From Amoebidium appalachense (Eukaryota; Protista; Ichthyosporea), in the NCBI GenBank assembly GCA_963693365.1, contig CAVNZM010000005.1, positions 1,178,001 through 1,242,000 on the forward strand: 64,000 nucleotides of DNA, in the 5' to 3' direction. The position numbers and the translations under genes were made by a program. This document shows positions 11,894-41,000 of the stretch, in pieces (position 1 is the first letter of the stretch; each line of letters begins with the position of its first letter). The notes beneath the pieces are model-generated. The model saw nothing but the letters and a program-made list of their open reading frames with translations. It was not told where the DNA came from and made no database searches.

Positions 11894-14508
11894 ATGAGAT
11901 CACTCGGTGTGCCGCTACTGGCCGCAGCCTTGGCTGCTGGTGCGCCAGACAAACTAGCCGTCCAAAGACGTCAGGCAGACTCGTACCTAAATGTACGTGT
12001 ACCTCGCTCCCCCCCCCCCCCCCCCCTCCCCACCCGGTGTTATGTGCTGTGTATCAGGGTGGTACGGGCGTTTGTGGTGTGTCAGGTCGACGATACCACA
12101 GCTCAGATATGCTTTGCACATTCCTCTTTCTCTTGCCCTAGCCTCGTTCCTCTATTTCTAGGTGCTGTTGTATGAAGTCTACACGAGAAAGACACGAACA
12201 CGCAGTCGGTGTTTTTTGTACCTGGCACCATATTTTCCAACACACCCATAAGAAGAACACCATATCAGATAAGAAGATACACCCTGGGCTTGAAAAAAGC
12301 TGCACACGATGCGCTTGGGTCGACATATGCCATATCTTTCTCTTTTTTCGATCTATCTCCCCCTCCCCCCCCACTTGGGCCATCCCTGAGGATGGGCTCT
12401 GCTTATGACGCATACTGTGCGCATGGCTGATGTTGCATACTTCAATGTTTGCCTTTGCATTTGTCCTGCACCATTCTTCTCATCGTGTATGCGTACTTCT
12501 TACCGTATTCCGCATTCAACTCCCCCCCTCCCCCCCCCCCCCCACTATTGCTTTCCCTCTTTCTTTGAGCTTCGAGCGCCAATGTTAGTTAATTGTGCAG
12601 TACCGCCTTTTTTTAGTATTCACTATTCCACATTCTACTTACACACCTGCAGGTGTATGCCCACGGTCCAACCACAGAAAATGAGTAGGAAATATTGGAC
12701 ACGTTTCTGTATGGCTAACGCAACAGGTTCATATAAAGCCCCAACGTACGGTAATTCTTAGGGTAACACCGTCCCATGCCCACTGTCTTACGCTTTATTC
12801 ACACACAGGGCCGGAGCCTCCAGAAAGCATACGGCAACCTGTTCGACATGGGAGCCTCAGTTCTTAACCCCAAAGGACAGCTTACGGGGGACCTGGAGAA
12901 ACTAGCAAACACGCAGTTTAAGGCCTTTGTGCCTGATTTCTTCATGACGTGGGAGCAGATTCAGCCGGAGGAAGACGAGTGGTCATGGTCCCGCCCTGAC
13001 AGGTTTGTCGATTGGGGTGAAAAGAACAACAAGACGGTGTGGGGGCATTGCCTTGTATGGAAGGAGAAGGAGTGGATGGTGGATACGGAGGATAAGGATG
13101 TGTTGTTGGCGCGGATCGAAAAGAATATTAAGACCGTGGTGGGCCGGTACAAGGGGCGCATCCAGAAGTGGAATGTCGTCAACGAGGCCTTCAATGACAA
13201 CGGCACCATCAGAGATGACGCCGTGATTCCGAAGGTGGGTGCTCTGACACGTGTTGTGTGTGTGTGTTTCGATTATATGCAGGTTGAGGCTTAGGTCGCT
13301 TGATGTGTGTGCTTTTTTGTCGTAGGAATGTTACGTTTGCACCCGTGAAATCGGAGCATACTTCCTCACGTGCGTGCTCACAATAGGTTTTGCCGCACCA
13401 CACCACCCACTTATGTGCATATGCTTTGCACACACAAACAGGGCGGGAGGCATACAAAGAAGCGGGTGAAAGGGGTGGGGGGGAGGGGGGGGGACACAGT
13501 CTAAAGAGGCATGCAGCACATATTCACCAAAACTATTGCCCTGCCCTGCAGGTCCTTAGGGGGGAGTACATTGAGAAAGCATTCCGGTGGGCCAAGGAGG
13601 CCGACCCCAATGCGCTGCTCTACTTTAACGAGTACCACATGTACCTGCCTGAAAAGGCGGATGCGGTGATTGCCTTTGTCAAGGAGATGAAGGCTAAGGG
13701 TGTGCCTATTGATGGCATTTCAATCCAGGTGGGTATTTTGGAGGATAAGGATGTGCATATGGTGCTGCCTAGTGTTTGTTCTGTGTTGCCTGCAAAGGAC
13801 AGTATGTGCACATACATGTGTATAATGTCTGCATTTGATATTAAATGCTTGTGGGGCGGGCTTTGTCTGTTTATTGTGTGACTTTGGACCAATGGATAGG
13901 ACGTGTTGCCCGTGGGCAGGAACACATGCGCACGCGCAAGGCACTCACATACATATATGTATTGATGCATGCGTGATTGCAGAACTGGGACTGCCACACA
14001 CGTAAGCAATACACGTTCACGGCCTATTCTAATCGCTGTTGCTCGATCACAGGGCCACCAATACCACGTTGACAACTCCGACGGCGGCACGGCCAGGTCC
14101 CCCACAGTCGAAGACTTTATTCAGGCCATTGAAAAGTCGCATGCAGCCGGGCTCAGGGTGGTCATTTCTGAGCTCGATGTGTCTGTGCTGCCCAACAAGT
14201 GGAAGTGTTGCAAGGGCACAGAACTGTCGGATTACGATGAAGAGACACAAAAGGAGTACAACCCATTCCCCAATGGTATGGATCAAGACACGGAGGAGAA
14301 ACTGAACGACAGATACAAGCGGTTCTTTAAGATGCTTATAGACAACCAGGATAAGATCGAGGAGGTGCATTTCTGGGGGCTCACCGACAAGTATAGCTGG
14401 TACAACAACTATCCGATTAGGGGCCGCACGGACTACCCGCTGTTGTTCGATCGCGCCGGAAAACCCAAGAGGGCTTATGATACCGTTATGGCTCTCATGG
14501 GCGCATAG
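11894..14508 (+). CDS. Secreted glycoside hydrolase family 10 (endo-1,4-beta-xylanase-like)
   Basis: Exons 11894-11992 (signal-peptide-like MRSLGVPLLAAALAAG), 12809-13234, 13552-13728, 14053-14508 (TAG), all phase 0 GT-AG. GH10 motifs GHCLVW, acid/base WNVVNEA, AFRWAKEADPNALLYFNEY, PIDGISIQGH, nucleophile ISELDV, FWGLTDKYSW and GRTDYPLLFD. Confidence 0.93.
12373..12519 (+). repeat. ~150-bp dispersed intronic element, copy 1 (GH10 intron 1)
   Basis: ACTTGGGCCATCCCTGAGGATGGGCTCTGCTTATGACGCATACTGTGCGCATGG...CCGCATTCAA is near-identical to four copies at 54.7-59.9 kb. Poly-C lies on both sides. Confidence 0.9.
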
Positions 14509-14905
14509 GGTTACCGGACCAACCCTTCTATTCACACACCCCCACGTGGGGCTGTGTGGTTTGATTTCTCTCGTGACCTCCTCTCATTTCCCTCACTTTC
14601 CCAAATGATTCCTTATATCAACCAATCGCACGGTTAGCTTCGTTCGGTGCTTGCTTGGATCACTTAGAACTTGAGTTGCTCATGAAATCTATAACTTGAA
14701 ATACTAAACCTCAGAACCTCAAACGTAAAATACATTACATGATTTGGTTGAAAACTTCCTGATCGGGCTTCTGCTATCCTTGTAGGAGCACAACCTCGAT
14801 AGTTATTGCGATTTTTCATTGCACTTTCTTCTGTATGGTAGACAAGGTGTGGGCATGTTGGCCTGCACCTGTGGTTCGGTTAGATACCAACCGTGATGAT
14901 CTGAT

Positions 14906-14951
14906 AAAGCTAGAATGCACGTGGGCCCAAAGCTAGAATGCACGTGGGCCC
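14906..14951. repeat. 23-bp tandem duplication containing CACGTG
   Basis: AAAGCTAGAATGCACGTGGGCCC occurs twice in tandem. Confidence 0.8.
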
Positions 14952-15071
14952 TTGGTAGGTTGTAACTATGCACCGGCTATTCAATTATAGTCCGTGAATG
15001 TTGCTGTGGTTGACTTTTGTCAACAGCAAAGAGACATTTCATGATCACAGTTGACAAGGGAGTGTGTAACG

Positions 15072-15108
<37 letters not shown>

Positions 15109-16482
15109 CAACAACAACAAAAAGAAAGAAAGAAAGAAAAGAGAGAAGTAACGAACCGCGTTCGTGGCCATCACCACCACCATCGTGCAATAGGTACGTA
15201 AACCACTCTCCCCGCCACCAACAACACGTGATCCTACCACACACAAGTATTGATACGTACACAGAAGCACACTATCAATCTCCCCACCAGCCTGCACTGC
15301 TGCAGTCCTTTACACATTGACTGCACACGTATATGCACACGCACCCTAAAGCTGTGATCACAGTAGCTGCGAATATTTGCAGGTGAAGCCAAGCAAATTG
15401 CAACGTTTCACAGGAGACAACGAATTATACCGGTGCACACCCAACCCCGTTATATTCCAGGGGACTCAAGCTGATGTTCCTAATATAGTCAAGGCCACAT
15501 GCACGGACGTGCTTTCCAATGATGCCCTGCTCACATGTACATGTTCCGGTCAAGCCCCAGCCATATTCATACTTTTTTTTATTGTTTTGATATATGCATC
15601 AGCCATGCAGTCACACGTACAGACTATGCATGCTCATGACTCGTGTGGCCTATGCACCAGCCATCATTATCACACTGGCGCGGCTTTTTTGGGGCTCTTA
15701 TAGGCCATGCCAAACTCTGCCAATGATTCACAAAAACATGTTTATCTTAGACTATGGTTAGGTGTATAGCGGTCGCGGCACACACATGTCCATGCCCAAG
15801 TACGTACGTGCACAGCCAAGCGTTGGGACGAGCACACACTGTGACACACACGCACACACGCACACGCACACACACACACACACATACCGGATCCTCGAGC
15901 TGACACACACGTCGAGGAACTTTGACGTAACGAACAGCACGTGTGTTAAATATTATCTGAAAGGCAAAAGACGCTGGTTCATGTATACCATGTCCCATGT
16001 GCATGCCTCTGTTGCAAATTTAATGATGTCATAATACATTGATAGGAATGGCATGGCACAAAGTCTTAGCTAGACCTGTTATATATCTGGGATTATTTGC
16101 ATGTACACGTGCTTATATGTAATGCTACTGCTTTAAAGCACTATAATACGAGCTCGAGCCATGAGCTCGAAGACTTTTCACGAGATTAATCATACTAATT
16201 AGATAGATCAGCAAAAAAAAAAAAATGACTCACGGAAACCTACGCATGAGATTACTTGAAGATTGTAAAAATTATATCGATGCCGACCAAATTTGATTAT
16301 TTGCCGTGGTTCCCCAGTGATGCATCATGGGCTGACTTAAATTTTTCTGAGGCTCAGCTTCCAATCACGATTGGCCCCAGAATTATTACGGTATTAGTGG
16401 TAATTAATTATTCCTAAAACTCACACTGCATGCACACACAGCACATCTAAACAGACAACAACAACCCCTACATCTAAATTTT

Positions 16483-23948
<7,466 letters not shown>

Positions 23949-24721
23949 TCTTGTGGCTACAGGGCACACCTAATTAGTTGAACTATGGGTCACCCAGCAA
24001 CGTGTGAAGGGTCACTCATGAGTCATGGGGTGATTTCTCAGCCTTGGGATCTCGTTATACAGGCAGGCTAAATGCAGGCCGGTCAAAGCTTTAGGCTGAA
24101 GCCCCCCTGTGATTGGCTGTTGATTTTACCACGATGACGTTAATTCCCAGGCATTATCTTGCATGTTTGAGCAGAATCCACTTTCTTTTCTGGTGACAGG
24201 ATGGTCTTTTAGTAATAGTAATATTTGTAAAGCCCATATTTATAGGTTTTGATGCAGACTGTATGAGCTAGAGCCGCATTTCGGCAGATGCCGGACTCCA
24301 TTGCCATCCGCCATAAACATTGGTGGAACTGGTGTTGTATGCATAACAGGAAAAGATTAATTGTTAATCATGTCACAATTTTATATAGTAAATCTTTATT
24401 GCTGTGGAATGTTACGTAGGGTGGGTACTCGAGCTCTGCAATCCATGTGGCTTCGCCAGTGCAGGCTTTGATTAGCCCACTGTATGCTTGGATAATTTGC
24501 ATGTTCCATAGTACACACCCACAAAAACACACATGGGGTTTTGAATAGTTGGCTGTAACCAATATAAACTCACTCGTGTTGTTTTTGTTGTTTGCTTTGT
24601 GAATGCGGATTCTCAATCATGCACGGCCCGTATTGGTTTAGCGAAACCAATCAAATCGATCATGGTGATGCGCGGTCTACCAATCAAATCTTGATCAACT
24701 AAATTTGGTCATACTATCGTA

Positions 24722-25022
24722 AACTCTGAATTTGTGAGTGGGTCTTATTCTCAGGTCCGGGTCATTTCCGGATCAGAGGCCACAGAGGCCCAACTCCCCT
24801 ATCATTACTTGGTAGCAGAGAAGGTACGATCCATGCGTACCTCTGGGTTGACCTGGCCTGGGAGCGAGCGCAGAGGCGTCAAAAATACGTCGGGACGCCG
24901 TCTTCCAGACCGGGGGTGTGTCATAACGTCTCACAATCAACTCTGAATTTGTGAATGGGTCTTATTCTCAGGTCCAGGTCATTTCCGGGTCAGAGGCCAC
25001 AGAGGCCCAACTCGCCTATCAT
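24722..25022. repeat. 84-bp direct repeat pair
   Basis: 24722-24805 and 24939-25022 (AACTCTGAATTTGTGA...CCTATCAT) differ at about 4 positions. Confidence 0.85.
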
Positions 25023-26218
25023 ATATTTCCGAAATTCCGTTACAACCGAGTCGGAGAGCCTCGGACTGTCGACGTCCGGACCGTCCGAACTGTTCCGAAG
25101 TTCGGAACATCACGAGACCTCGTTACATGTTTTTTTGAACCTGGCCTGGGGCAAGCTTGTGGGGCATCGGTTTGGAGCTTTGGAGCTTCTATCAATTTAG
25201 CGGGTAGCTAGCGTGCATGGACTCTAGTCGAATATCCGACCGATGGTTGCGACCTCCCCCCCCCCCCCCTCCCCCCCCCCCCCCCCCCCCCCTCCCCCCC
25301 CCCCCCCCCCCCCCCCCTCCCTCCCCCCTCCCCACTCCCCCCGGACCTACTCCCACCATGACCACGCCCCTCCCTCCCTTCCTGCTCTCTGTCTTCGACT
25401 GAGGACTCCCTCGGCATGCTCTCCCCTGTGTCCTGTTTGCTAGCACTCTGCTTCCACCTTTCCCCTAGCTCAAATCTTCAGTTTTCATCTTGGACCACGC
25501 CCTGCTTTTTTTCCTACCCAAAACCCAGGGATCCGATCTATCCCTCCCTCCCTCCCTCCCCCTCCCTTCCCCCCCCCCCCCCCCCCCCCCCCCGCCCCTC
25601 CCCCCCCCCCTCCCCCCCCCCTCTCCCCCCCCCCCCCCCCCTTGCGCCCCTCTTTCCTTTCTTCCCGCCTCTAACCTTTCCCCCATTCTCCTTCCCGGCT
25701 GACTGCAGCTCCCTCTCAGTGCTCCGGCAGGGTCTCCCTCCCTCCCTCCCTCCCTCCTTCCCACCCCCTACCGCCCCCCTCCCCTCCCCCTTTCCCGCCT
25801 TCTCCCTTTCTCCCTCCCTCCCTTTTTGTTACTCTCTCTTCTATTCCTTTCCCTCCTCCATCCCCCTCCCCCCTCTCCCATTCCGTCCCACCATCCTTGT
25901 GTCTTACTCTCTCCCCTTCTCTCCCCCCCTCTCTCCCTCTGTTTCTTCTTTCCCTCTCTCCCCGTCTCCACCCATCTCTCCTTCTTCTTTCTCCCCCCCG
26001 CCGCCCCCCTCCTCTTCCCCTCCCTGCCCTCCTTCCTCTCGTCACCTTCCTTTTTCTATCTCCATATCGCCTATTCTGTGACACTGTGGGTTCGGTTGGC
26101 TCTCGAAACGTGCTTGTTTTCTTTCCCCCCTCCCCTTGGCCCCCAAAGTCAGCTGTGTCAAGGCTTCCTGCGTGCGTGCTGCATCCATATACCTTTGAAA
26201 CCCCAACTCCCAGGGGCA

Positions 26219-26354
<136 letters not shown>

Positions 26355-26386
26355 GACACACACACAGACAGACACACAGACAGACA

Positions 26387-26458
<72 letters not shown>

Positions 26459-26739
26459 TCACTCTCGTTCTCCCACACGCTCTGCACACACACACACACA
26501 CACACACATTCTCTCTCGTTCTCCCTCCCTCTGCCTCTCCCTCTCTTTCTCCCCCTTTCCCCCTCCTCTCCTTTCCTTCACACACACACACACTCACTCA
26601 CTCATTGACTCCCTCACTCTCTCACCCCACACCCACACACAGTCACACACGCACACAAACATCACTCCCTTTTCTACTCCTCCCCTTTCTCCTCCACCCC
26701 CCCCACCCCCCCACCCCCCCCCTCCCCCGGCCCGCCTCG

Positions 26740-26814
<75 letters not shown>

Positions 26815-27345
26815 ATGTATGCAAGCTGTATAGCCGACCCACCTACATGGTAACCACAAGCATCCACACGAAGGGAACAATAGCCGTACCCGTCTCCATT
26901 TGCTTTCCTCCTCAGCCAGCCCCCCCCCCCCCCCCCCCCCCTCTCTCCGCCCTTTGTGGATCTTTTTCCAGCCGTTCATTTGTCATACCAAGCACCTGGC
27001 ACTATTATACCTGAATACTCCCATTACAGTAACTTTCTGGTATATGGCGGCTGTGAGTTCTTTTTGCTGGTAACTGGTCTTTTGATGTTGCACTGGTGTG
27101 CGAAGATCAAACGTTCATACATTGTATCTCTCTTCCTCCTTCCCTACGAACACATTTTTTGTTGATGCCAGATGCAAGGCCTCCCTCCCTGTAAGCCAAG
27201 ATCCGCCCCTCCACCCCCCCCCCCCCCTCCCCCCCCCCCCCTCCCCCCCCCCCCCTCTCCGCCCGCCTGCCCCCCGGCGTGAGGAGCCTGATAGGATACA
27301 GCCAAGCTGAAGTATTGTGCAACATACACACAGGGGGAGGATAGG

Positions 27346-31590
<4,245 letters not shown>

Positions 31591-31895
31591 CGAGGTACGG
31601 TACCGTAACCTGCTGATAGCAATCGCCGCTATGCAGTTGTCTGCTTTAGATACAAATTTCACAATGGGTTTGGTGAAATTATAATTTCAATTGGTACATA
31701 TGGTAAAATGCGAAGTTGCTCTAAACCTGTCATTATTGCTCGGCCGTTCTATATGTTCCATATGTGACCCCCCTCTCTCTGAGTCACAACTTGAAGCCAC
31801 ACAAAGCTTTGCGGGCATGGCGAGCTCACATTAGACACATTGTGGTGTGCATCATGTAAACCCCCCCTCCCCCCGACCACACACACACACACACA

Positions 31896-31936
<41 letters not shown>

Positions 31937-32904
31937 CCCCCCCCCCCCCCTCTCTCTTTCTCTCTCGCTCACACTCAATCACATACACACACCTACAACA
32001 CCGCCGCACACAAATACACATACAGACACACCACACCCACACATGTGCACACACAAAATAATTCCGTCGCGCACAGTCCACTTTTGAGCACGTTAGTTAT
32101 CCTGAGAATACACTGAAATTAAGTGTACTACTTATAGGCGACAGGTTTTTCATGAATACCTTATTTAGTAGCCCATTCCATATTTGCATTGAAAACTTGG
32201 TTGTGTATCATAACATAGGCAGACACTGATCATATGGATTGTGCCAATCTTGAGATCGGACCAACCTCGGCACCCACAAAACTGGTTCCAGGCATGTATC
32301 CAATCTGATCATATCTAGCCGAGACTGCCGCCCTACCCAGGGGCAGTTCGCCATGCGATTGTGGGACGACAGCCGCTTCCTGACCAACCATTTTGATTGG
32401 CCAGTACGCGCAACTAACTACAGGGCGCGACTCCCGTAGTCCGTCCGACAATATACACAACCATGTTTACAGCATGTACTGATTAATTGGGTTACCATGT
32501 ATGGCAGAACTTGGCAGGTTACTAATTAGTATATCGACCTCGTGTATATAGTGATTGTAACTATATTTACAGTTCAAAGACTAAATCCACTCCATGAGCA
32601 TTTGTGCACCAGGCTTAGCATGGGTCTAAGCATCAGTGCACCATAGCCGTTGTCTCCCCTCCTCCCCCCTCCCCTCCCCCCCCCCCCTCCCTCCCAACAC
32701 ACACACATCCCTCCCTCTCCCCTTTGCTGTCGTTCCTCCCCATCCGATAACTTGGGCCCTTCCTCAGAAGGGGCTTTACTTGGGTTCTTTGTGTGCTCTG
32801 TTGTGTTGTTGGCATCAACGAGTCACTTGTACTCTTTACCACCTTCTGACCCCCCCCCCCCCCCCCCCCCTCCCCGCCCCCCTCCATACGCACACATACA
32901 CATA

Positions 32905-32948
<44 letters not shown>

Positions 32949-33558
32949 ACACCTTGGCAACAAAAAAAAAAAAAGAAAAGGCAAGGCAACAAAAAAAAAA
33001 ACGGCAACAGCAAAAAGTAAACACCCACCTACCCACCCTCCCACACATACACACACACACACAAAAAAGAGCAATAGCAAAAAAAGTAAGCACCCACCCA
33101 CCCACTCATACATGGGCCAGACTCACCACCACTCCTTCAACCAGCTTTAAACATTGGTCGTTGATAAAAATTGCCCACCCAAAAATTACTATTCACAGAT
33201 GATCTTGGTGATTGCGCAATGCTGTGAAAAATACTTTTCTCGCTATTTCTGGCCAATCATCCAATGGGCAGTGAGCCCAAGGGATCCGGCCGGTGTGTGC
33301 GTGTGCGGTGTGTAAGTGTGTGTGTGGACGGGTGAGGGAGGGTGGCTGCGGGAAGGGGGTGGGGCTGGGGGGAAGGGGAGGGGCATAAAAGTTCTATAAT
33401 ACCGTGCCAACATCTAACCGACAGATGAACTCACCCTACTAGATGCGTGTGACATGCATGCCGTAGTGCCATGGGCTAACCAGATTTTCACGGTGCCGTT
33501 AGGTGGTACATCCCCCCTCTCTCTTTCCCCCCCTTCCCTCCGTAACATCAGGCTCAAG

Positions 33559-33746
33559 AGATTCTCGCCGGCGCCTGCCCCTCCCCCCCCTCCCCCCCCC
33601 CCATAAAAAAACAAAAAACAAAAAAAAACAACGCACACGCAAACACCCACATGAAGTGACACGTGCACACACACACATCCACAAACACGACAAACGATAC
33701 ACACACCCACACACATACACACACGCACAGATTCTCGCCGGCGCCT

Positions 33747-33781
<35 letters not shown>

Positions 33782-33858
33782 AAAAAAAAAAAAAAAAAAA
33801 AAAAAACAACGCACACGCAAACACCCACATGCTGTGACACGTGCACACACACACATCC
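33559..33858. repeat. Local duplication of a ~125-bp unit
   Basis: AGATTCTCGCCGGCGCC-Cn-An-CAACGCACACGCAAACACCCACATG..GTGACACGTGCACACACACACATCC occurs at 33559 and 33729. Confidence 0.75.
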
Positions 33859-33929
33859 CCCACACACACACACGCGCGCACATGTACACACCCACACGCA
33901 CCCAACATGCACATCTACACACACACGCG

Positions 33930-33979
<50 letters not shown>

Positions 33980-34385
33980 CACACGCACACACGCAAATTC
34001 CTCCCCCGTCCCCCTCTCCTCCCCCACCCTCGCCATCCCCGGAAACAAAAAAGGTGGGGGGGGAAGTCACTATTCCGAAGTTCATCTTCATGGAAAAAAG
34101 GGAAATAATTCCTATAAAAAAAAAAGAAAAGGTCATACGTTCCAAGGTACATGCAGTATATGTATGTATATGAAAGCATCATGGAAAGGTCGTCTCTGTC
34201 TCCCCCCCCCTCCGGGCCTAGCGCGGCACACAGGCTTCGCCTGCAGTAGGCCCTGTGGCTCACTGAACACAGCAAAACATTATCAGATTACGAAATATAC
34301 TTAAAACAACTTTAAGCGTTAAACGCGCTCTCTTAAAACGCTTAAATCGCAATTAAATAGTGTTTGTCATGTATGCTGGTTGGCG

Positions 34386-34432
34386 GAAAAGTTCCAGAAC
34401 GGCGCGACCTTGTAGAACTTCCAGAACGGCGC
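34386..34432. promoter_or_regulatory. Heat-shock-element-like array upstream of p23
   Basis: GAAAAGTTCCAGAAC...GTAGAACTTCCAGAAC contains two TTCnnGAA units plus a GAAnnTCC unit, ~160-200 bp before the predicted p23 ATG. The match to consensus is imperfect. Confidence 0.4.
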
Positions 34433-34589
34433 AACCCTTTGCGTGGCCATGGCCAGCAGCTGCAGTTGTCCGGTTCATTCTGAACGCGCTGACAAGGCTT
34501 TTCTTTTCCATATCACTTAGAGAGTAGACTACAATAGTCATATAGGAAGACCAAGTTGTAGGGGGACGAGGGTGCGAAGAGGTGCAACA

Positions 34590-38937
<4,348 letters not shown>

Positions 38938-40747
38938 TTTTCATATGCACAAGCACAAAGAGAAACAAGGGGGGAACGAGAGAGGTTACACACAATGTAA
39001 TGTGTTAATATAATGTACAGACACGAATTGTGATGGATAACGGAGGAGTAACATATGTATGGGGCTGGAATTGAGCTCTAGGCTCGGTCAGTGCAGGTTG
39101 CTCGCACAGACGCCGTTGCACAAAGAAGGAAATGCTGATTTACGCATACACGTGGGCACATATTAAGTAGTGATCAGAGCTTGGAGCTGGAAAGGGAGCA
39201 AGGCAGGCAGGGTTCGTGTGCTGTGTAATATACGTATTACCAAATTAGGCATGTATTGAGAGCCCGTTTTTAGTTCAGTGTGTGGCTGTGAGCTCGACAT
39301 AGCTGCCCGACGCAGCTTCATATAGCAAGTGTTGAGTTCTATTATGTATGTATATAATTGTTGAGTTACTGTAATACGAATGTGTGATAAATATAAAGCA
39401 GTATGCACATTGTTCGTGTCCATTGCAACCATCTGCAAAGTGAATGCCCATGTTCCCCTCGCTCATTTGACAGGGTACGTACATATGCACCCGTGCCGCC
39501 GGGTGCCATGGCCATCTCTCTATAAGTACCCAGTCAAGCCTGGGCCTGAGTCCCCGGCCTTCTTTCCCCGACCGGAAGTTCTTCCTTGCCATTTCCTTTT
39601 CTTGTGCCCCGGCCCCCTGGTCCGATGGCACACTCGATCCCCCTTTCCCACCGGCCTCAGCAGAGGCTCCCCGCCCCCCCTTCCCCCCCTTTCCTGGGCC
39701 AAAAAAAAAAAAAAAAAAGAAAGAAAGAAACAAGAAATACTTGGCAGTAAAGAAAATGCGCATAACGTCCCCCCCCCCCCAAACCCCTCATGGCTAATCT
39801 CCCATCACTGCGCTCGCCTCACACCACACCCGGCCATTCAAGCTTGGTAGACTGTTGACGCAACATAGCACATGTCTTTCGTACGAGCCTATAAGATCTA
39901 ATCAAGATCTCAGACAAGTATCACTGCACTCCCTGGCCAGCCGCCTGTCGCTGTAACATGGATTAAAATACATTGGAGGGTTCGGATAGGCCATAGGTCA
40001 CGTGCCAACCGCGGAGGCCAGGGCCCCGACGGTATGCACATCATGTACAAGGTTCCACCCGCCTGTGCCCGGGCGGAAGTGGGGTTTAGCAGGTATGTAC
40101 CCGTGCGTGTCCGTGATGCTCACACGTGCATGTGTCAACTATCTCTCTCCTCGCTGCGGCTCAGCTCGTCATGTGATATTCGCTTATCTCTGCCCCGACC
40201 AGTCTCTCTCTGTAACTAGCTGATCTCTTTGTGTGTGTACATACGTGTGACTCGCGCACACCAATCGCGTCTATGTGATTGTGTGCCTGTGTGTCAAGAT
40301 CATACGGTCATTGAATGCGCCTGTGCATGTGTGCAGGTAAAAAAATGTCACCCCTCACGCACCATGCACCCACTGCCCACGTGTAACACTTTGCGGGACT
40401 GTACAAGTACCATGGTGCATACGTGGTAGTTGCCGAGGCATCACACGTATATGGTTTGTGTCTCGACCGAAAGAGAAGAAGGGAGAAAAAGGAGTGAAGA
40501 GGGGCAAGGGACCGAGAGAGAGAGACGGGGGGCCTGACTCTGAGTTTAGGCCTAGGGACTTAGATAGTAATAGATGCATATCGGCACTTCTGGTACACAA
40601 CCATGGGATTGCTGTAATTCAGGTGACTTTTGTCGTTTATTCAACATGATCGTTGAAATTACATAGTTGTCTACCGTGCCCCTGCTAAAGGCTCTATTTG
40701 CCATACATAGAGTGGTCACTGAGTGTGCTCATTCAAAAAAGTAAGAT

Positions 40748-40852
40748 AATTCATCATCAAGCTACTATCAACCAGTCCTAGTATCATAGTATAAAAACTG
40801 AATTCATCATCAAGCTACTATCAACCAGTCCTAGTATCATAGTATAAAAACT
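40748..40852. repeat. 52-bp tandem duplication downstream of the phosphate transporter stop
   Basis: AATTCATCATCAAGCTACTATCAACCAGTCCTAGTATCATAGTATAAAAACT occurs twice, at 40748 and 40801. Confidence 0.9.
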
Positions 40853-41000
40853 AAATACTATATCATGCTACTACATACTTTCATTTTTGTGGTGAATCAC
40901 AGACCCACACACGCAACTACTATATACATGCCACCATCAACCAGCGGCCATTCGATTTCGTTTCAAAAAACGAAAAAAAAACCCGACTAGGGTCTGCGCA

